This document shows, piece after piece, positions 50,150 through 61,763 of a DNA stretch of 64,000 nt. The DNA is from Eukaryota sp. TZLM1-RC. Taxonomy: Eukaryota; Protista; Metamonada: BaSk clade. The stretch is from assembly GCA_040285825.1 (NCBI GenBank), contig JAUPSS010000003.1:3224001-3288000 (forward strand). Reading direction: 5' to 3'. Under the pieces are notes generated by a model, which saw only the letters and a program-made list of their open reading frames with translations, did no database searches and had not been told where the DNA came from. The translations under genes and the position numbers were made by a program. Each line of letters starts with the position of its first letter. Positions within the stretch are counted from its first letter, which is position 1.

Positions 50150-52010
50150 TACATATTTTATTCAAACAAAATTATAAAAAAACTAAAAATCAATCTCCTC
50201 ATACTCCACATCTACTATTGAAAAACTACCTACAGCTTTTTTTCATAAAATTTTTCTAATGATAACAACGAGCTAGAAACAAAACTATACATTCCCTTAA
50301 AAATAGAAAATACAATTCGGTTTTGCCTAAAGATTCGGTCGACTATTCTTCCAGTTCTGTTTTTGACAATAGATGAGAAATCGTCCAAAAAAGATAGCGC
50401 AGTTTTACCCAAGCTTCCAAACAAAGAAAAAGCAAAAGGACAAAGAATGTATGTGAGTTGGAATTCAGATTATTGATTTTTCTGTATACTCAATAATTAC
50501 CGCTTCTTCGGCTCTTCGTAAAGGTGAGTTATAAGATTGTGCCAGTTTTTCATTTGAGCTGTTTGATACATCAATTAATCTGACATGAATAATGATCATT
50601 GATCCATCAACTCCGGGAACTAGCACATCACCACGGCTGTCACCAAAAGAATTCCTGTCAGATTCATCAGCCAAATTTGAAAGCAAAGGTTCTAAAAAGG
50701 ATTCAATCTTGTAGGATTTAAACATACAATAAAGCTGATCACGAACTGCATCATGCACTTTTGATCTAAAAATAATAAATCGATTACAATTAAATAAATG
50801 GGTTGGAGTGACAGACTTTCATCATTTACAAATTAATCCATGAGGAAGATTATCAGGCCAAATAAAAGATCGAAGCCGCATAGCTAATAAAAAGCAAGGG
50901 TCATAGAAAAACAAGCCATAAATTCTTGGTACTTGATTAATTAAACAAGAAGCAGAACTATCGCAAACATCCAGTAAAAAATTTGCAAAAGCTGGTATTT
51001 TTGCTTGGCCATGCCAAGACGTACTTCATAATCCAAGCCTTCAAATATTACTGTCAGTTTTTGTTGAAGCTTCTTCACACAATACCTAAAATAACTAAAT
51101 TTCGTGGAGGAATCTCTTGAACTGACTCGGGAAAACATTGACACCAAATCTGTGGTGCAATTTTATCAATGGCAACATCAAGGTCATACAAATATTTTGA
51201 AAATGATGGACTAAGCAAATGAATATCTTCAGGGAAACGATTGAGAAATTCAAAAATAAAATTTTTGCCACCACCAACAAAAGCTGCTTGACAAAGAATT
51301 GAGGATTTGGTAAAGCCAACACCACCGAATTGTGAAGAAGAGAACAAGTGAGCTCGTATTAGCTCAGGATTCACTTCTAATAGGAAAGCAAAGAAAGTTG
51401 CACGAAGTTGATTAAATGATTGGCAAAAATCGATAGACAATGAAGGTGCTGTCGACTTCAATAAGTGAGTATTTTTGCCGGAGTAACAAATTTTTAAAAT
51501 AGAAAATTTAATATGTTTTTCAATTTCTAATTCAGAAATTAATTGAAGCTCATTACCAAGTTTTACAACAATTTCGTTAAGATTTTTAGTAATTTCATCA
51601 GCATTTCCTAACCAACATTTTAGAAACCGAAAAGCTTCTTGTGAATAATTGGTAAAAGGAAATTTACAATTATTAATTTTAAACTCTTTGAAATCGTTAC
51701 CAATTAATAAACATTTTTTAGGATCCAAGTGAAGACCAATGATTTCATATTGTTCAGCAATTTCTTTTGAAGCTTTTTGGACAACACTAAAAGGACCGAT
51801 AAGGGAGATGTCATCCATGTAACCTACAATTTTTAGAGAAGGGTATTTTTCATTAATAACAATCAATGATTCTTGGATTGCTATGCAAAAAAATAATGGG
51901 CCCAAAGGATCCCCTTGTTTTACACCTGATGAATACTTGAGAGAAAAAACATCATCAACTAATTCACTTGGTTTACCATAAAACAAATAGAAATAGCTTG
52001 ATCCAAAATT
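50150..52010 (-). mobile_element. CRE-like non-LTR retrotransposon family D, 5'-truncated
   Basis: GVKQGDPLGPLFF, GYMDD, FGGVGF, HDAVRD, RGDV. Confidence 0.85.
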
Positions 52011-52648
52011 ATATTAAGGCTACAGTAAGTGGTAGTTTGGTTTTTTTGTGCTTTTTTATATTTTTGGTTTGTTATGGTAAATCCAGAATTTCAGAGCCTC
52101 TTCAAGCTGTAGAAACTTGACTTATCGGATTTTTGTCCCTCTTGAAGATGGTTGAGAGTGATGTAAGGCATGTGGAAAATGGTGAAACGCACAATAATTT
52201 GAAAGCATTTTTTGGTACAATTTTCTACTTTCAAATCCATCATTGCTACAAATTGTAAAGAGCACATTTCGATATTATTTTTTCGAGGTGTTTCAATTTT
52301 TGGAACAAATTAGTTACACTATTGCAGTATTTCAATTTGCTATAGTCAATTTAAGCTCAACGAGAAATTCTTTCAAATAAAAAAATTCACTATACTCACA
52401 AATACTATAATTACACAAATACAATAAATGAAAATGTAATTAAATTTGTTGTTTTCTCTACCCATATGTTACATGGAGAATTAAGCATTTGAACAGGGTA
52501 AATGTTTGGTTGAAGTTTTGGATATCATCCGAAGTGAAAAAGCATCTCCCACATCGACAGTAATTAAATCAATTTGAGTTTGTCTTGATGAAATCGTCAT
52601 TGTGGTTTAAAAGGAAGGATTTCAGATTCTGCCATTCTTGTTGCTTAC

Positions 52649-53697
52649 ATGCTCACCAAGACACAGATCAATCTCCTCATCATATATGTCATTTCAGGAC
52701 TATTTCAACCAGTGTTTATAGAATGGTTATCTGAACGAGGAGCTAACAAGCACAAAGAGACATTCATCTATTTACTACCCAATTTTCTATCTATGGCTAC
52801 TTGCTTTTGCTTTCCCTCTGTGATTAAATTTCTGAAGACAACAAAGAAACAGAGCTTAAAGGATGACCTAATCAATGAATCGTTACTAGAATCATTGGAA
52901 GATATCAAGCCTCGTCCTCAAATTCCCCATCTCAAGTTGTTTTCTGTTGCTGCTATCGATGTGTTCAGTCAAGCTCTCTGTTTCGCGGGTCTTTTGTTTG
53001 CTCACTCGCAGTTCTATACAATTATTTATTCGTCTTGCTCTGTTCACACTACCTGGCTCTCTCGAATACTACTTAAAAAGAAGTCACCTAAATTAAGATG
53101 GTTTGCTGTTTTTATTGTCACTGCTGGTCTTGCTGTCAGTGGTATTGGTAGTAAATGGGAAAGTGTTGAGGATATTGAAGTGCTAATTGGGATGATCATG
53201 ATTCTTGTAGGCTCTATCACCCATTCTTTAACGTTTGCTTTCCCTTTTCTTTATCTCATCCCAGCTATGTACTGTACGAATTGTTTATGAAGAACAAGCA
53301 GAACGCTCTACCCTCGCTAGTAGTTTGTTGCTTTAACGGTATGTATGCTTCTTTGATTGTCTTGGCTTGGGTTGTTGCCTATGTTGTTCCTCGATGGCAT
53401 GAACTGGTTGTGGTTCCTATTATAAATGCAGGATCAAACCCAAGAGATGTACTCTGGCTCTACACAGGCCTCTTCATCGTTGATGGAATTCATGCTTTTG
53501 CTTTCTATCTCTTAATTGGTAACATTGGAGCTGTCAGCACCGGCATTTGTAAGGGTGCAACTTCTGTCAGTGTTTTTGTCTCTTCTCATTTCCTCTTCTG
53601 TGCCACAGCCGCCTCTCAATGTTTCACTTATGCCAAGGGAGCTTCGTTAGGCATTGTGGTTAGTGGAGTACTCATGTACTCCTTTTCTAAAAAGTAG
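52649..53697 (+). CDS. DMT/EamA (SLC35-like) multi-pass transporter; 32-nt intron 53233-53264
   Basis: About 10 hydrophobic helices; removing gtttgc...cccag joins the two ORFs as HSLT-YVLYELFMKN. Confidence 0.85.
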
Positions 53698-54034
53698 AAA
53701 TGTTTTTTATTAAGTGTTTTATTAAGTTTATTTTGCTGTTTATCGATTTAATAAATGTTTGTAGTTTTTTTTGTTTCAAAAGGGCACAGCTCTTGGCTTT
53801 TGCTTCATGCTTTTTTAGGAAAGAGTTCAATTTCGTGTGAACAATACTTGTCAATAGCTTAATCTAATGTAATCAAATGCCACTGCCACGTGACAAACAT
53901 TTCAAGTTCAATCATCAAAGTCAAAATAGCTGGATTAAAACAGCTTGAAACAAAACACACACAGAAATAAAATATTTACAAATACAATTACATAAAATAC
54001 AGTGAAAACTAATTAAATTTCCTTAACAAAATAA

Positions 54035-56914
54035 TCACTTACGAGTCACTAAGGGGTTCAAAATCGTCTTGACTTTAAGAGACTTCTCTGAATACGATGT
54101 AAAAAGAAATTCAGGTTTTAATTCCAACGCCTCAGCTCGAAACCTCCTGAAACTTAGAACAATCAAATCTGATGGCTGCCCTGACTTGAGGGTCGAAAGG
54201 ATCAATGGGTTGAAACTAGCAGTTATTGGAGAAATTTTCAGCCCCCTCGCAATTAAATTTGATTGATTAAGATCGATTTGATTGTAATTAAATTCTGCAA
54301 TCATTTGATCATTCACATCATGGATGGCAACACGATTATAAATTCTCAACACAACAATGTCAGAAGAGCACAATCCATTCTCCTTATGCTCCCACAGCCT
54401 CAGCTTAAAACTGACTACCCCTCTTTCAATTGCAGTATTGATAGGTCTTAAATACAGCTCAGAAATCAAAACATGATTGGTTTGGCAGGTTATAAACTGC
54501 CCTTTCACCCCGTCACTTCTCACTGGAAGCACCTCTAATCTGATTGAGCAACCAATATCATCCACTCCAAGTTGTAAACTTAAAACATCATGCTCATCTT
54601 CTCCCAATTGAGAGAGAGAATTCTTCTTAATTAATTCTGATGAACCATTGGGGAAAATCCTTAGCCAAGAAAACAGAGATGGACCTTCCACACCACCAGC
54701 ATAGGTGTAGGAAAAGAAAACAGAAGAAGTGTGGAAAAATTTGGGAAATTTTGAACTTTTTTCAGGATTTTCGAGCTGATAATCGAAATATTTAGGCTTA
54801 CAGGGACTGACAACTGAGCTAACTTCCACATTTGACACGTCACCTATCGTCAGTACTGCATTGATTGAGAAACCGACATCAGAATTGATTGGGGTGTAAT
54901 TAATCACGGTTGATTGATTGACTTTGAAAGATTTGAGCCTTTTTAATTGTCGACCATTTTTTGATCGATATAGAGCTAGATTTACCACAGTTGATCCCTT
55001 CTCGAAAATTTCAATCTTAATAGCTGCTGGTTCACCTTCCAAAAGACCTGGATTAATCCACTGGTGTGATCCAGTGGTAATCCCTTCTGTGAAATTCTCA
55101 GGATCCAAATTTTGGTCACACAAATGATGATCATCAAGCGGTTCAAGATCCACCTCGTCAGGATTGACAAAAATTTCGACTGTAGACCCACAAACTGGGC
55201 AAAAATTTGGTGAAATGTAATATCCATGACAAGTATTGATCTCTTCTTCCAGACATGCAGGTAAGCAAAAAGAGCACAATTGGTGGCCACAAGTTAGAAA
55301 AGGGTCAGCTTCCGAAAGGAGATCAAAACACAGAGGACATGAAAATTTTGGAAAAAATGACAAGGGTTCATAATGACCAGTTTCAGCATCATAAAAAATT
55401 GATTGAATTAATTCTACAATCGAACCCACAACTGTGAAATCATCACAAACAAGATTAGAATTGATTGTAGTTGCCCAATCAAAAAGACAATCAAAATCAA
55501 AATCATTTGATTGATATTCACCACTGAATCTCAAAGGGAAACCATCAATCCATTTAGAATACTTTGGCGGAAGTTCCAGGCCATCAATCAGATCTGATTG
55601 ATCAGTCAATTGTCGACAACTGCCCAAAAAAGTGCTGACGTGATAAGAATAGTGAGTACATTTGGGTAATAAGCACTGTAGGTCTTTGTGACTACTAAAA
55701 CAAGGAAGAATAGCAATCAAAATCTTGATTAGAATTTTCAATGTTGGAATTAATTTCTGTTCAATAAAATAATTGGCCAAATAAGTAAAAAACGACAGGG
55801 TTGAATAGAGCTGGGTTTCAAGATTTGAAAAATTTAATGAATGAGTTGAAAAAGAAACAGTTTGGTAATGTAGTAAACTCTTTCCGATAATCAACTCTGC
55901 ATCAGTTTCCTTTGACAGATAAATAGAGCTCAATCGGGACAGCTCAGGAAATATTGGTCCATAATTGGCGAAAAATTCACATAGGCTACATAAATTTAGT
56001 TGAATGGATAAAATATTTGAATTTGGAATTTTGACTCCCTCCACAAACTGATCTCTATTCGTCACAAATTCGACAGATTCTGACAAGTAACGCCTCAAAT
56101 TTTGGCCAAATTTTAGGAAAAGATCAATATGATCCTCTGGACAGCTAGGCATTTCAAAGGCCAAAATTTGGGAAAAACTATTGGAAAGTGTATCTCCCTT
56201 ATCAAAGGCAACACAAAACTGCCTTCCCATCTCCTCTACTTCCTCTCCAACGCCTATTATAACCAATACCTTCTTAAGACCACCTCTGCTCACATGGAGA
56301 TGACACCTAGCCACGTCAGCGACCAAGTTGAATGTTTGAGTTGAGGTAACAGCGAAAGGGGATGCTAAGAGAACAATATCAGAGCTGTGAATTGCTATTC
56401 TGGCGAGATCAGGGGTCCATGTAGAACCAGAAACAGAGGAAAGAGTGGGGCAGATAGAAGAGAGAGAAGAAGGTTCAACATCTGTGATGAAAGGTTCAAT
56501 GGAGGTCAACACTAGAGAGAAAAGTCCAGACTTTACGTGAGAATGATGTAAATGAAACGATGCGGCTGTTTCTTCACTTGGAGGGTTAAATGAATTAGTA
56601 TCACCCAGATCAGAGCAAAGTTCGTTTAAGAGATCAATGCTATGTCTACGAGAGCCCATAACAACGCATGACACGACACGCTGAGAAAGGTTGGATAGCT
56701 CATGAACTGTATGATCATGATGAGGAATCACAGAACCATCAGTTGCGAGGCACACAGCATTAGGAATTGTGTAATGAATCTCCATTGTTGATGATGGAGA
56801 TGATTCTGATAGAGAAACATGTTTATTCTTTGGATGTAAACATAAGTTACAGAGAGTTTGATGGAACTTGTTGGGAGCGAAGCTGTTGATAACACAACAT
56901 TCACAGAGTTCCAT
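54035..56914 (-). CDS. Multidomain RING-finger protein with N-terminal Zn motif and C-terminal Ig-like (AIR9 A9-type) repeat
   Basis: CVINSFAPNKF..CNLC..H; RING CPLC..CGHQLCSFC..CPVC; YTYAGGVEGPSLFSW..DDIGCSIRLEVLPVRSDG; start placed at 56914 to avoid overlap with the next gene. Confidence 0.7.
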   Translation of the reverse strand: MELCECCVINSFAPNKFHQTLCNLCLHPKNKHVSLSESSPSSTMEIHYTIPNAVCLATDGSVIPHHDHTVHELSNLSQRVVSCVVMGSRRHSIDLLNELCSDLGDTNSFNPPSEETAASFHLHHSHVKSGLFSLVLTSIEPFITDVEPSSLSSICPTLSSVSGSTWTPDLARIAIHSSDIVLLASPFAVTSTQTFNLVADVARCHLHVSRGGLKKVLVIIGVGEEVEEMGRQFCVAFDKGDTLSNSFSQILAFEMPSCPEDHIDLFLKFGQNLRRYLSESVEFVTNRDQFVEGVKIPNSNILSIQLNLCSLCEFFANYGPIFPELSRLSSIYLSKETDAELIIGKSLLHYQTVSFSTHSLNFSNLETQLYSTLSFFTYLANYFIEQKLIPTLKILIKILIAILPCFSSHKDLQCLLPKCTHYSYHVSTFLGSCRQLTDQSDLIDGLELPPKYSKWIDGFPLRFSGEYQSNDFDFDCLFDWATTINSNLVCDDFTVVGSIVELIQSIFYDAETGHYEPLSFFPKFSCPLCFDLLSEADPFLTCGHQLCSFCLPACLEEEINTCHGYYISPNFCPVCGSTVEIFVNPDEVDLEPLDDHHLCDQNLDPENFTEGITTGSHQWINPGLLEGEPAAIKIEIFEKGSTVVNLALYRSKNGRQLKRLKSFKVNQSTVINYTPINSDVGFSINAVLTIGDVSNVEVSSVVSPCKPKYFDYQLENPEKSSKFPKFFHTSSVFFSYTYAGGVEGPSLFSWLRIFPNGSSELIKKNSLSQLGEDEHDVLSLQLGVDDIGCSIRLEVLPVRSDGVKGQFITCQTNHVLISELYLRPINTAIERGVVSFKLRLWEHKENGLCSSDIVVLRIYNRVAIHDVNDQMIAEFNYNQIDLNQSNLIARGLKISPITASFNPLILSTLKSGQPSDLIVLSFRRFRAEALELKPEFLFTSYSEKSLKVKTILNPLVTRK

Positions 56915-56970
56915 GATCGCTTCAAATCTGACTGTGTGGAAAGTTTCCTTAAAAAATTGGTTGGTGCCAA

Positions 56971-57915
56971 ATGGCTGAATCTCTATGTCCATCTGAAATA
57001 TTATCCTTTTTGAAGACCCACTCTGGACATTGTTATCCACAAAAACAATTCATCAAAGCTTTCAATAGTCGTAACTGTGCTTATTTCACTAATATCAATA
57101 CAAACCTAGCCAAGATATGGCTTCAAAAACTATCCACATCCCCTTGTCCTTATCTGGACCAGCTCTCTTCTGATGAGATCATCCTTACCACCCTTTCACA
57201 CTCCCGCTACCCCCGTATTCTTAAGTTTTCTTCTTGTTTTGAAGAGATTTTGTTGGTTTATGCCTGGTTAGTCCATCTTCTTGATCTACTCTTCTCAAAC
57301 CCTGAACACAGAACCTTTCTTAACGTGTCTTCAGCTTTGCCTCACTGTGAAAGTCTTTCCGAATTTCTTCAATCCACACCAGATTCCATTAACTCACTTT
57401 GGTGCCGTTTCCATAACTCGTTGAAGACCTTGTCCATAGCAGCAAGACCTCACAAAGGAGTTCAACAATTAGCTAATGAAACAAGGATTGCAAAAGCTTA
57501 TCTCTTTGAATTAGCCAATGGAAAAGAAGTACCTTTTGTTACTGATTCTTTTATTTTGTTTTGGAAGGAAATTGGTCTCATCTTGCGTAAAGTGGAAACT
57601 TTGAGTTTTGGTTTATATGGGAAGTCCTACGAAGTCTTGCCCTCCACGTCAGCACTTTCCGTTTTTGATCAGGAATTAGACGTTATGATTAGAGAGTTGG
57701 AGGACAATTTGGGGGAAGTTGAGTGTAATCAGAGTGATTCAATCAATCATGATGACCTTACCATTGATGAGGTTGAGGGTCAAATTCCTTCTATTTTTGA
57801 CCTTGCTATTGACCTTTGTAATTGTGACTTCGTTTTTCCAGAGGATGAGTTCTTTGAAAATCAGCAAATTGCGCTAGAAGATTTATTAAAGTGTAATAAC
57901 ATTAAAATTATTTAA
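56971..57915 (+). CDS. Possible tubulin epsilon and delta complex protein 1 (TEDC1)-like
   Basis: 314-aa ORF; YPR...EILLVYAWLV motif resembles TEDC1/DUF4509. Confidence 0.45.
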   Translation: MAESLCPSEILSFLKTHSGHCYPQKQFIKAFNSRNCAYFTNINTNLAKIWLQKLSTSPCPYLDQLSSDEIILTTLSHSRYPRILKFSSCFEEILLVYAWLVHLLDLLFSNPEHRTFLNVSSALPHCESLSEFLQSTPDSINSLWCRFHNSLKTLSIAARPHKGVQQLANETRIAKAYLFELANGKEVPFVTDSFILFWKEIGLILRKVETLSFGLYGKSYEVLPSTSALSVFDQELDVMIRELEDNLGEVECNQSDSINHDDLTIDEVEGQIPSIFDLAIDLCNCDFVFPEDEFFENQQIALEDLLKCNNIKII

Positions 57916-57935
57916 AAAAGAAATTTAATTGTAAT

Positions 57936-59402
57936 TTAAATTAAAAAAGGGTTTTTCGTTAATTCCATTTGCTGCTGAAATTCTGGTTTAAAACAATTAA
58001 TTTGACATTTTTTGGTCAACCTTTGGTGAACTTCTCTACTTATTAATGAATTCGTAATATCTTTGCATTGGCTTAAATCTATATCACTTCCTGAATTAAT
58101 TATAAAGGAATATAAAAATTCAACACTTCCCCATTTAACTATATTATTTTCAGAGCTGAACAATTTGTTTAATGTTATTGAGATATTTGGTAGTAATTCC
58201 TGTCTGTCTTTGGGATGAATTGAGTGACAATTAATCAAATATTTGATTGACTCTGTGTCTGACATGGATTTGATCTCATCATTATCTTTTGCTGAAATTT
58301 TTGACATGTCATCCATATGTCGTTGACAAGACAAGCTCAATTCTGCATTTGATTGTTCTTGACTAAATTGGTACAACTGCCTAATCAATGTGCAATGACC
58401 AAGTGTAAAAGGAATGTAGTCCAATGATTGGGTCAGAATTCTCAAGAAGTCACGTGAAATACTATCCAAATTGATTGAAATTGATTGGTGAGCTATAGGG
58501 ATGATTTTGGAAAGAAGAAGAACTAAACTATATTTGGCTGGTGGTTTACAATCAAAATGATTGTTCATCAACCAATCAATCAATAATCTTGCAAGTTCAT
58601 TGCTTTTCTCAGCCACTTTTCCTAACGCAATTCCATTACAAATAGAAATTTTGAAAGAAGGGTGAAATATATGATTAATTACTTTTCCTAATAATTTTTT
58701 CTCTCTTGTCAATAAATTAATACTACAATTAATAAAATTATCAATACTTTGTGGGTTTGGATCAGCAACTAATGCAGAAACCAACAATTCATATTGAATT
58801 TTGTAACTTAGTTTGATTTCACCTATACTGTTGAAGTTGGTGATGAAAAGTAACACCAATCTGCTTGAATTTTCAAAGTATTCTCTAGTTAAAAAAGGGG
58901 ATTGGCAAAATATTAAATACCGAGGGTACTTGACAAAGCACTGTAAAGCACTGATGATAGACTTATCCAAATCTGAAGAGTTCCACCCAGAACACTCAGC
59001 CAATGCCTCTATAAAGGGAAGTAACTTCGCACTGTGTGGTGTACAAACGGCAAAGAGTCTTCGTACTAGATCTGCGGTTCGTGTGACTAGGAATCTGATG
59101 AGTGTAATATATTGGGGGTTGGAAGCTTGACACAATTGAATGGTATTAAGAGAGATAGATGAAATGGCCCTTGTTAGAAGATCAGTGGATATTGAAAAGG
59201 AAGCGGCATGTTTGCATAGTTTGTGGTAGATGGTGTTGATGGCTAGAGGATGAAGTTCTGGGCGTTGACAGATGTAGAGCAGGAGAGAAAATGCATCATT
59301 AGGTTCTAATTGATCAATCGCGTTGGTGAGAGAAAGAAGTGACTCATGTGTAACATCATGTGCAAGAACTGAGTTGGCAAGTTCAAGAACGTGGTTCATC
59401 AA
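57936..59402 (-). CDS. Alpha-helical hypothetical protein
   Basis: Uninterrupted 488-aa ORF, Leu/Ile rich, no recognised motif. Confidence 0.7.
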   Translation of the reverse strand: MMNHVLELANSVLAHDVTHESLLSLTNAIDQLEPNDAFSLLLYICQRPELHPLAINTIYHKLCKHAASFSISTDLLTRAISSISLNTIQLCQASNPQYITLIRFLVTRTADLVRRLFAVCTPHSAKLLPFIEALAECSGWNSSDLDKSIISALQCFVKYPRYLIFCQSPFLTREYFENSSRLVLLFITNFNSIGEIKLSYKIQYELLVSALVADPNPQSIDNFINCSINLLTREKKLLGKVINHIFHPSFKISICNGIALGKVAEKSNELARLLIDWLMNNHFDCKPPAKYSLVLLLSKIIPIAHQSISINLDSISRDFLRILTQSLDYIPFTLGHCTLIRQLYQFSQEQSNAELSLSCQRHMDDMSKISAKDNDEIKSMSDTESIKYLINCHSIHPKDRQELLPNISITLNKLFSSENNIVKWGSVEFLYSFIINSGSDIDLSQCKDITNSLISREVHQRLTKKCQINCFKPEFQQQMELTKNPFLI

Positions 59403-59549
59403 CTACAGTTCAATGGAGGACACGAATTAAACACTAGTCAATCTGCAGGGAAACAATGATATTGATACTGTAATCACCATATACAAGTTGCAGAATTTCC
59501 CGAATTGAATTTGGGTAATTGCATTATTTGTGAGTACAGGGAATTTTAT

Positions 59550-61249
59550 TATTTGAAAGAATTTCTCGTTAAGCGCAAATTGACTATAGCAAATTGAAAT
59601 ACTGTAATATTGTAACTAATTTTTTCCAAAAATTGAAAAACATCGAAAAAATAATATCGAAATCTGCTCTTTACAATCTGTAGCAATGATGGATTCGAAA
59701 GCAGAAAATTGTACCAAAAAATGCTTTCAAATTATTATGCGTTCCACCATTTTCCACATGCCTTACATCACTCTCAACCATCTTCAAGAGGGACAAAAAT
59801 CCGATAAATCAAGTTTCTACAGCTTGAAGAAGTTCTGAAACTCTGGATTTACCAAAACAAACAGCTTGTAAAGGAATTGACTCAAAATCTCACTGGCTGA
59901 GAGTAAGTTTAAGATGACAGTAATGTACAACTTACAATTAGAGAAAGTAATTGTGATAACAACCACCAGCAATTCTGCAATAAACAGTGGCACAAAAAAC
60001 AACAAAGTTAAATTACATTTTTATTAAGCAGAAAATGTTCAAAAACACTTGCTAAAACAAAAAACATTTACGACAAACAGGAGAATAAGAATCAGCTCCA
60101 CCAATAAGTTCAACTTCCTTAGATGCAACTAAACGTTGACTATAAGGAGCAAAATTGCCACATTTACACTTTGAATGAAGCAAATGGATAGAATCAGCAA
60201 CAGCAATCAAATCCAAAACGTTATCAAAAGCTTTCCTTTCAAAAGTGCCAGACAAAGCAGAGACCAGAACGGTGAAACCTTGCTCAACCCAAGACCTTGC
60301 TAAATCAATATCGGCATAAAACTGACCTTCATCAATTCCAATGACAGTTGGTTTTAACCTAGAAATCTCAGGACAAGCATCTTTGAGTTTGTGGACAGGG
60401 AGAGCTTGGATTGAATCTCCATCATGTGTGACAAGGGCACAACTATCGGAATAGCGGACATCTTTAGCATACTTCAAAACCAAAACATTCTCGCCATTGT
60501 TAGCGAGTTTCCTACAGTGGTTAATCATGGAAGTTGTCTTGCCGGCAAACATTGGACCTAAAAACAAAACGAGGTTTCCACTTGCAGTTCTTGAATGGCA
60601 CTTTCTACAACTTGGTTCAAATGCATCTGGGTGAGGATGTATTTGAGAGAGTGGTCGCTTTAGTGAACAACTTTTAGAAAAAGGCGCTGTGGCTCCACAT
60701 TGGCATTTTCCATGGCACAGATGGATGAACGAATCCACAACAGGTATCAGTGCAGTTACTGAGGGAAAATGTGTCATGTTAAATGATGAATTGAGAGCAG
60801 TTATTAAAACATGTTTACCTTTCTTGGCGAGCGAATCTGCAAAATCAGCTACATTGTCGAAGAAGTGGGCATTGTCAATAGCAATCACATCGGCATTGAA
60901 AACCTTTGCTGCAACTGTTTGTAGCGAAGAGCACGTGAGAGCCATAAAACGATCACCTTTGTGTGACTGTAATAAAGCTTTCTTTAGAGAGACAGAATCC
61001 TTATCAAAACTGAGAAGTTCACACTGCTTATTTGAATCAGCTAGTGAATGAAGTCTGTTAAGGAGCCAGGATGTCTTTCCAGAAAACATGGGCCCACATG
61101 CCAGTTCGATGAATCCGCTCATAACCTTGAATCATGGTGAAAATCCAGGCAGTAGGATTTGGTTGAGATTTGAAAATTGTAATGTTGAGAAAAATTGTTG
61201 TTTCCAACAAGATTTCACCATGAATGACATCTCTCTACAAAAGTTCACT
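59550..61249 (-). repeat. Inverted segmental duplication of the TK locus (48523-50140 plus 52300-52380)
   Basis: Includes the TK gene, the shared promoter region, the first codons of the SET gene and the downstream flank. Confidence 0.9.
60052..61122 (-). CDS. Thymidine kinase with two tandem domains (copy 2)
   Basis: Protein identical to 48649-49719. Confidence 0.92.
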   Translation of the reverse strand: MSGFIELACGPMFSGKTSWLLNRLHSLADSNKQCELLSFDKDSVSLKKALLQSHKGDRFMALTCSSLQTVAAKVFNADVIAIDNAHFFDNVADFADSLAKKGKHVLITALNSSFNMTHFPSVTALIPVVDSFIHLCHGKCQCGATAPFSKSCSLKRPLSQIHPHPDAFEPSCRKCHSRTASGNLVLFLGPMFAGKTTSMINHCRKLANNGENVLVLKYAKDVRYSDSCALVTHDGDSIQALPVHKLKDACPEISRLKPTVIGIDEGQFYADIDLARSWVEQGFTVLVSALSGTFERKAFDNVLDLIAVADSIHLLHSKCKCGNFAPYSQRLVASKEVELIGGADSYSPVCRKCFLF

Positions 61250-61274
61250 ACAATAACTATTTTGCTGGTTTAAT

Positions 61275-61760
61275 TATTCAACAAGAATTACTCAACAAAA
61301 TTGGTCTTAGTCTTAACTTATTTAAATGTGTTTTAGTTTCAAATTCTCCTATTTCAACAATAGATGATGGAATTGAAATTCAAACCAAGTTAGATTCATC
61401 TGATGCAATTCGTCATCTAGGTTATTTTTTAGGCAATAATGACGAAATCTCCAAACAAATATTTAAACAATTGAATATTATGTCTGAAAAATTGACCAAA
61501 TGATGAAATTGGATGTAAAGAAACATATCAAAATTACCATTCCAAGACTTTGTTGCAGTTTCAACTTTAATTATATATTTCGATCTACAAATCGTCTTAT
61601 CTCTACAAAAAAAGTCAATGAATTACGTGCAAAAGTTCTGTCTCAATTACTGGGATGTAAAATGTTCCAACTTCTTGATCATGCTTATCTTAGTCCACGT
61701 TATGGCGGTTTAGGTTGGACTATTAGCATCTATTCTTACTTCATGTGCTTTTATTGGTCG
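61275..61760 (+). pseudogene. CRE-like family C fragment
   Basis: Similar to 28290-28775 (KKHIK.TI.RLC, HAYLSP.YGGLGW). Confidence 0.8.
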
Positions 61761-61763
61761 ATG

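Noticed and set aside
56915-57040. N-terminal extension making the RING ORF overlap the next gene
   Set aside because: ATG at 56914 begins the first recognisable motif and gives a normal head-to-head layout
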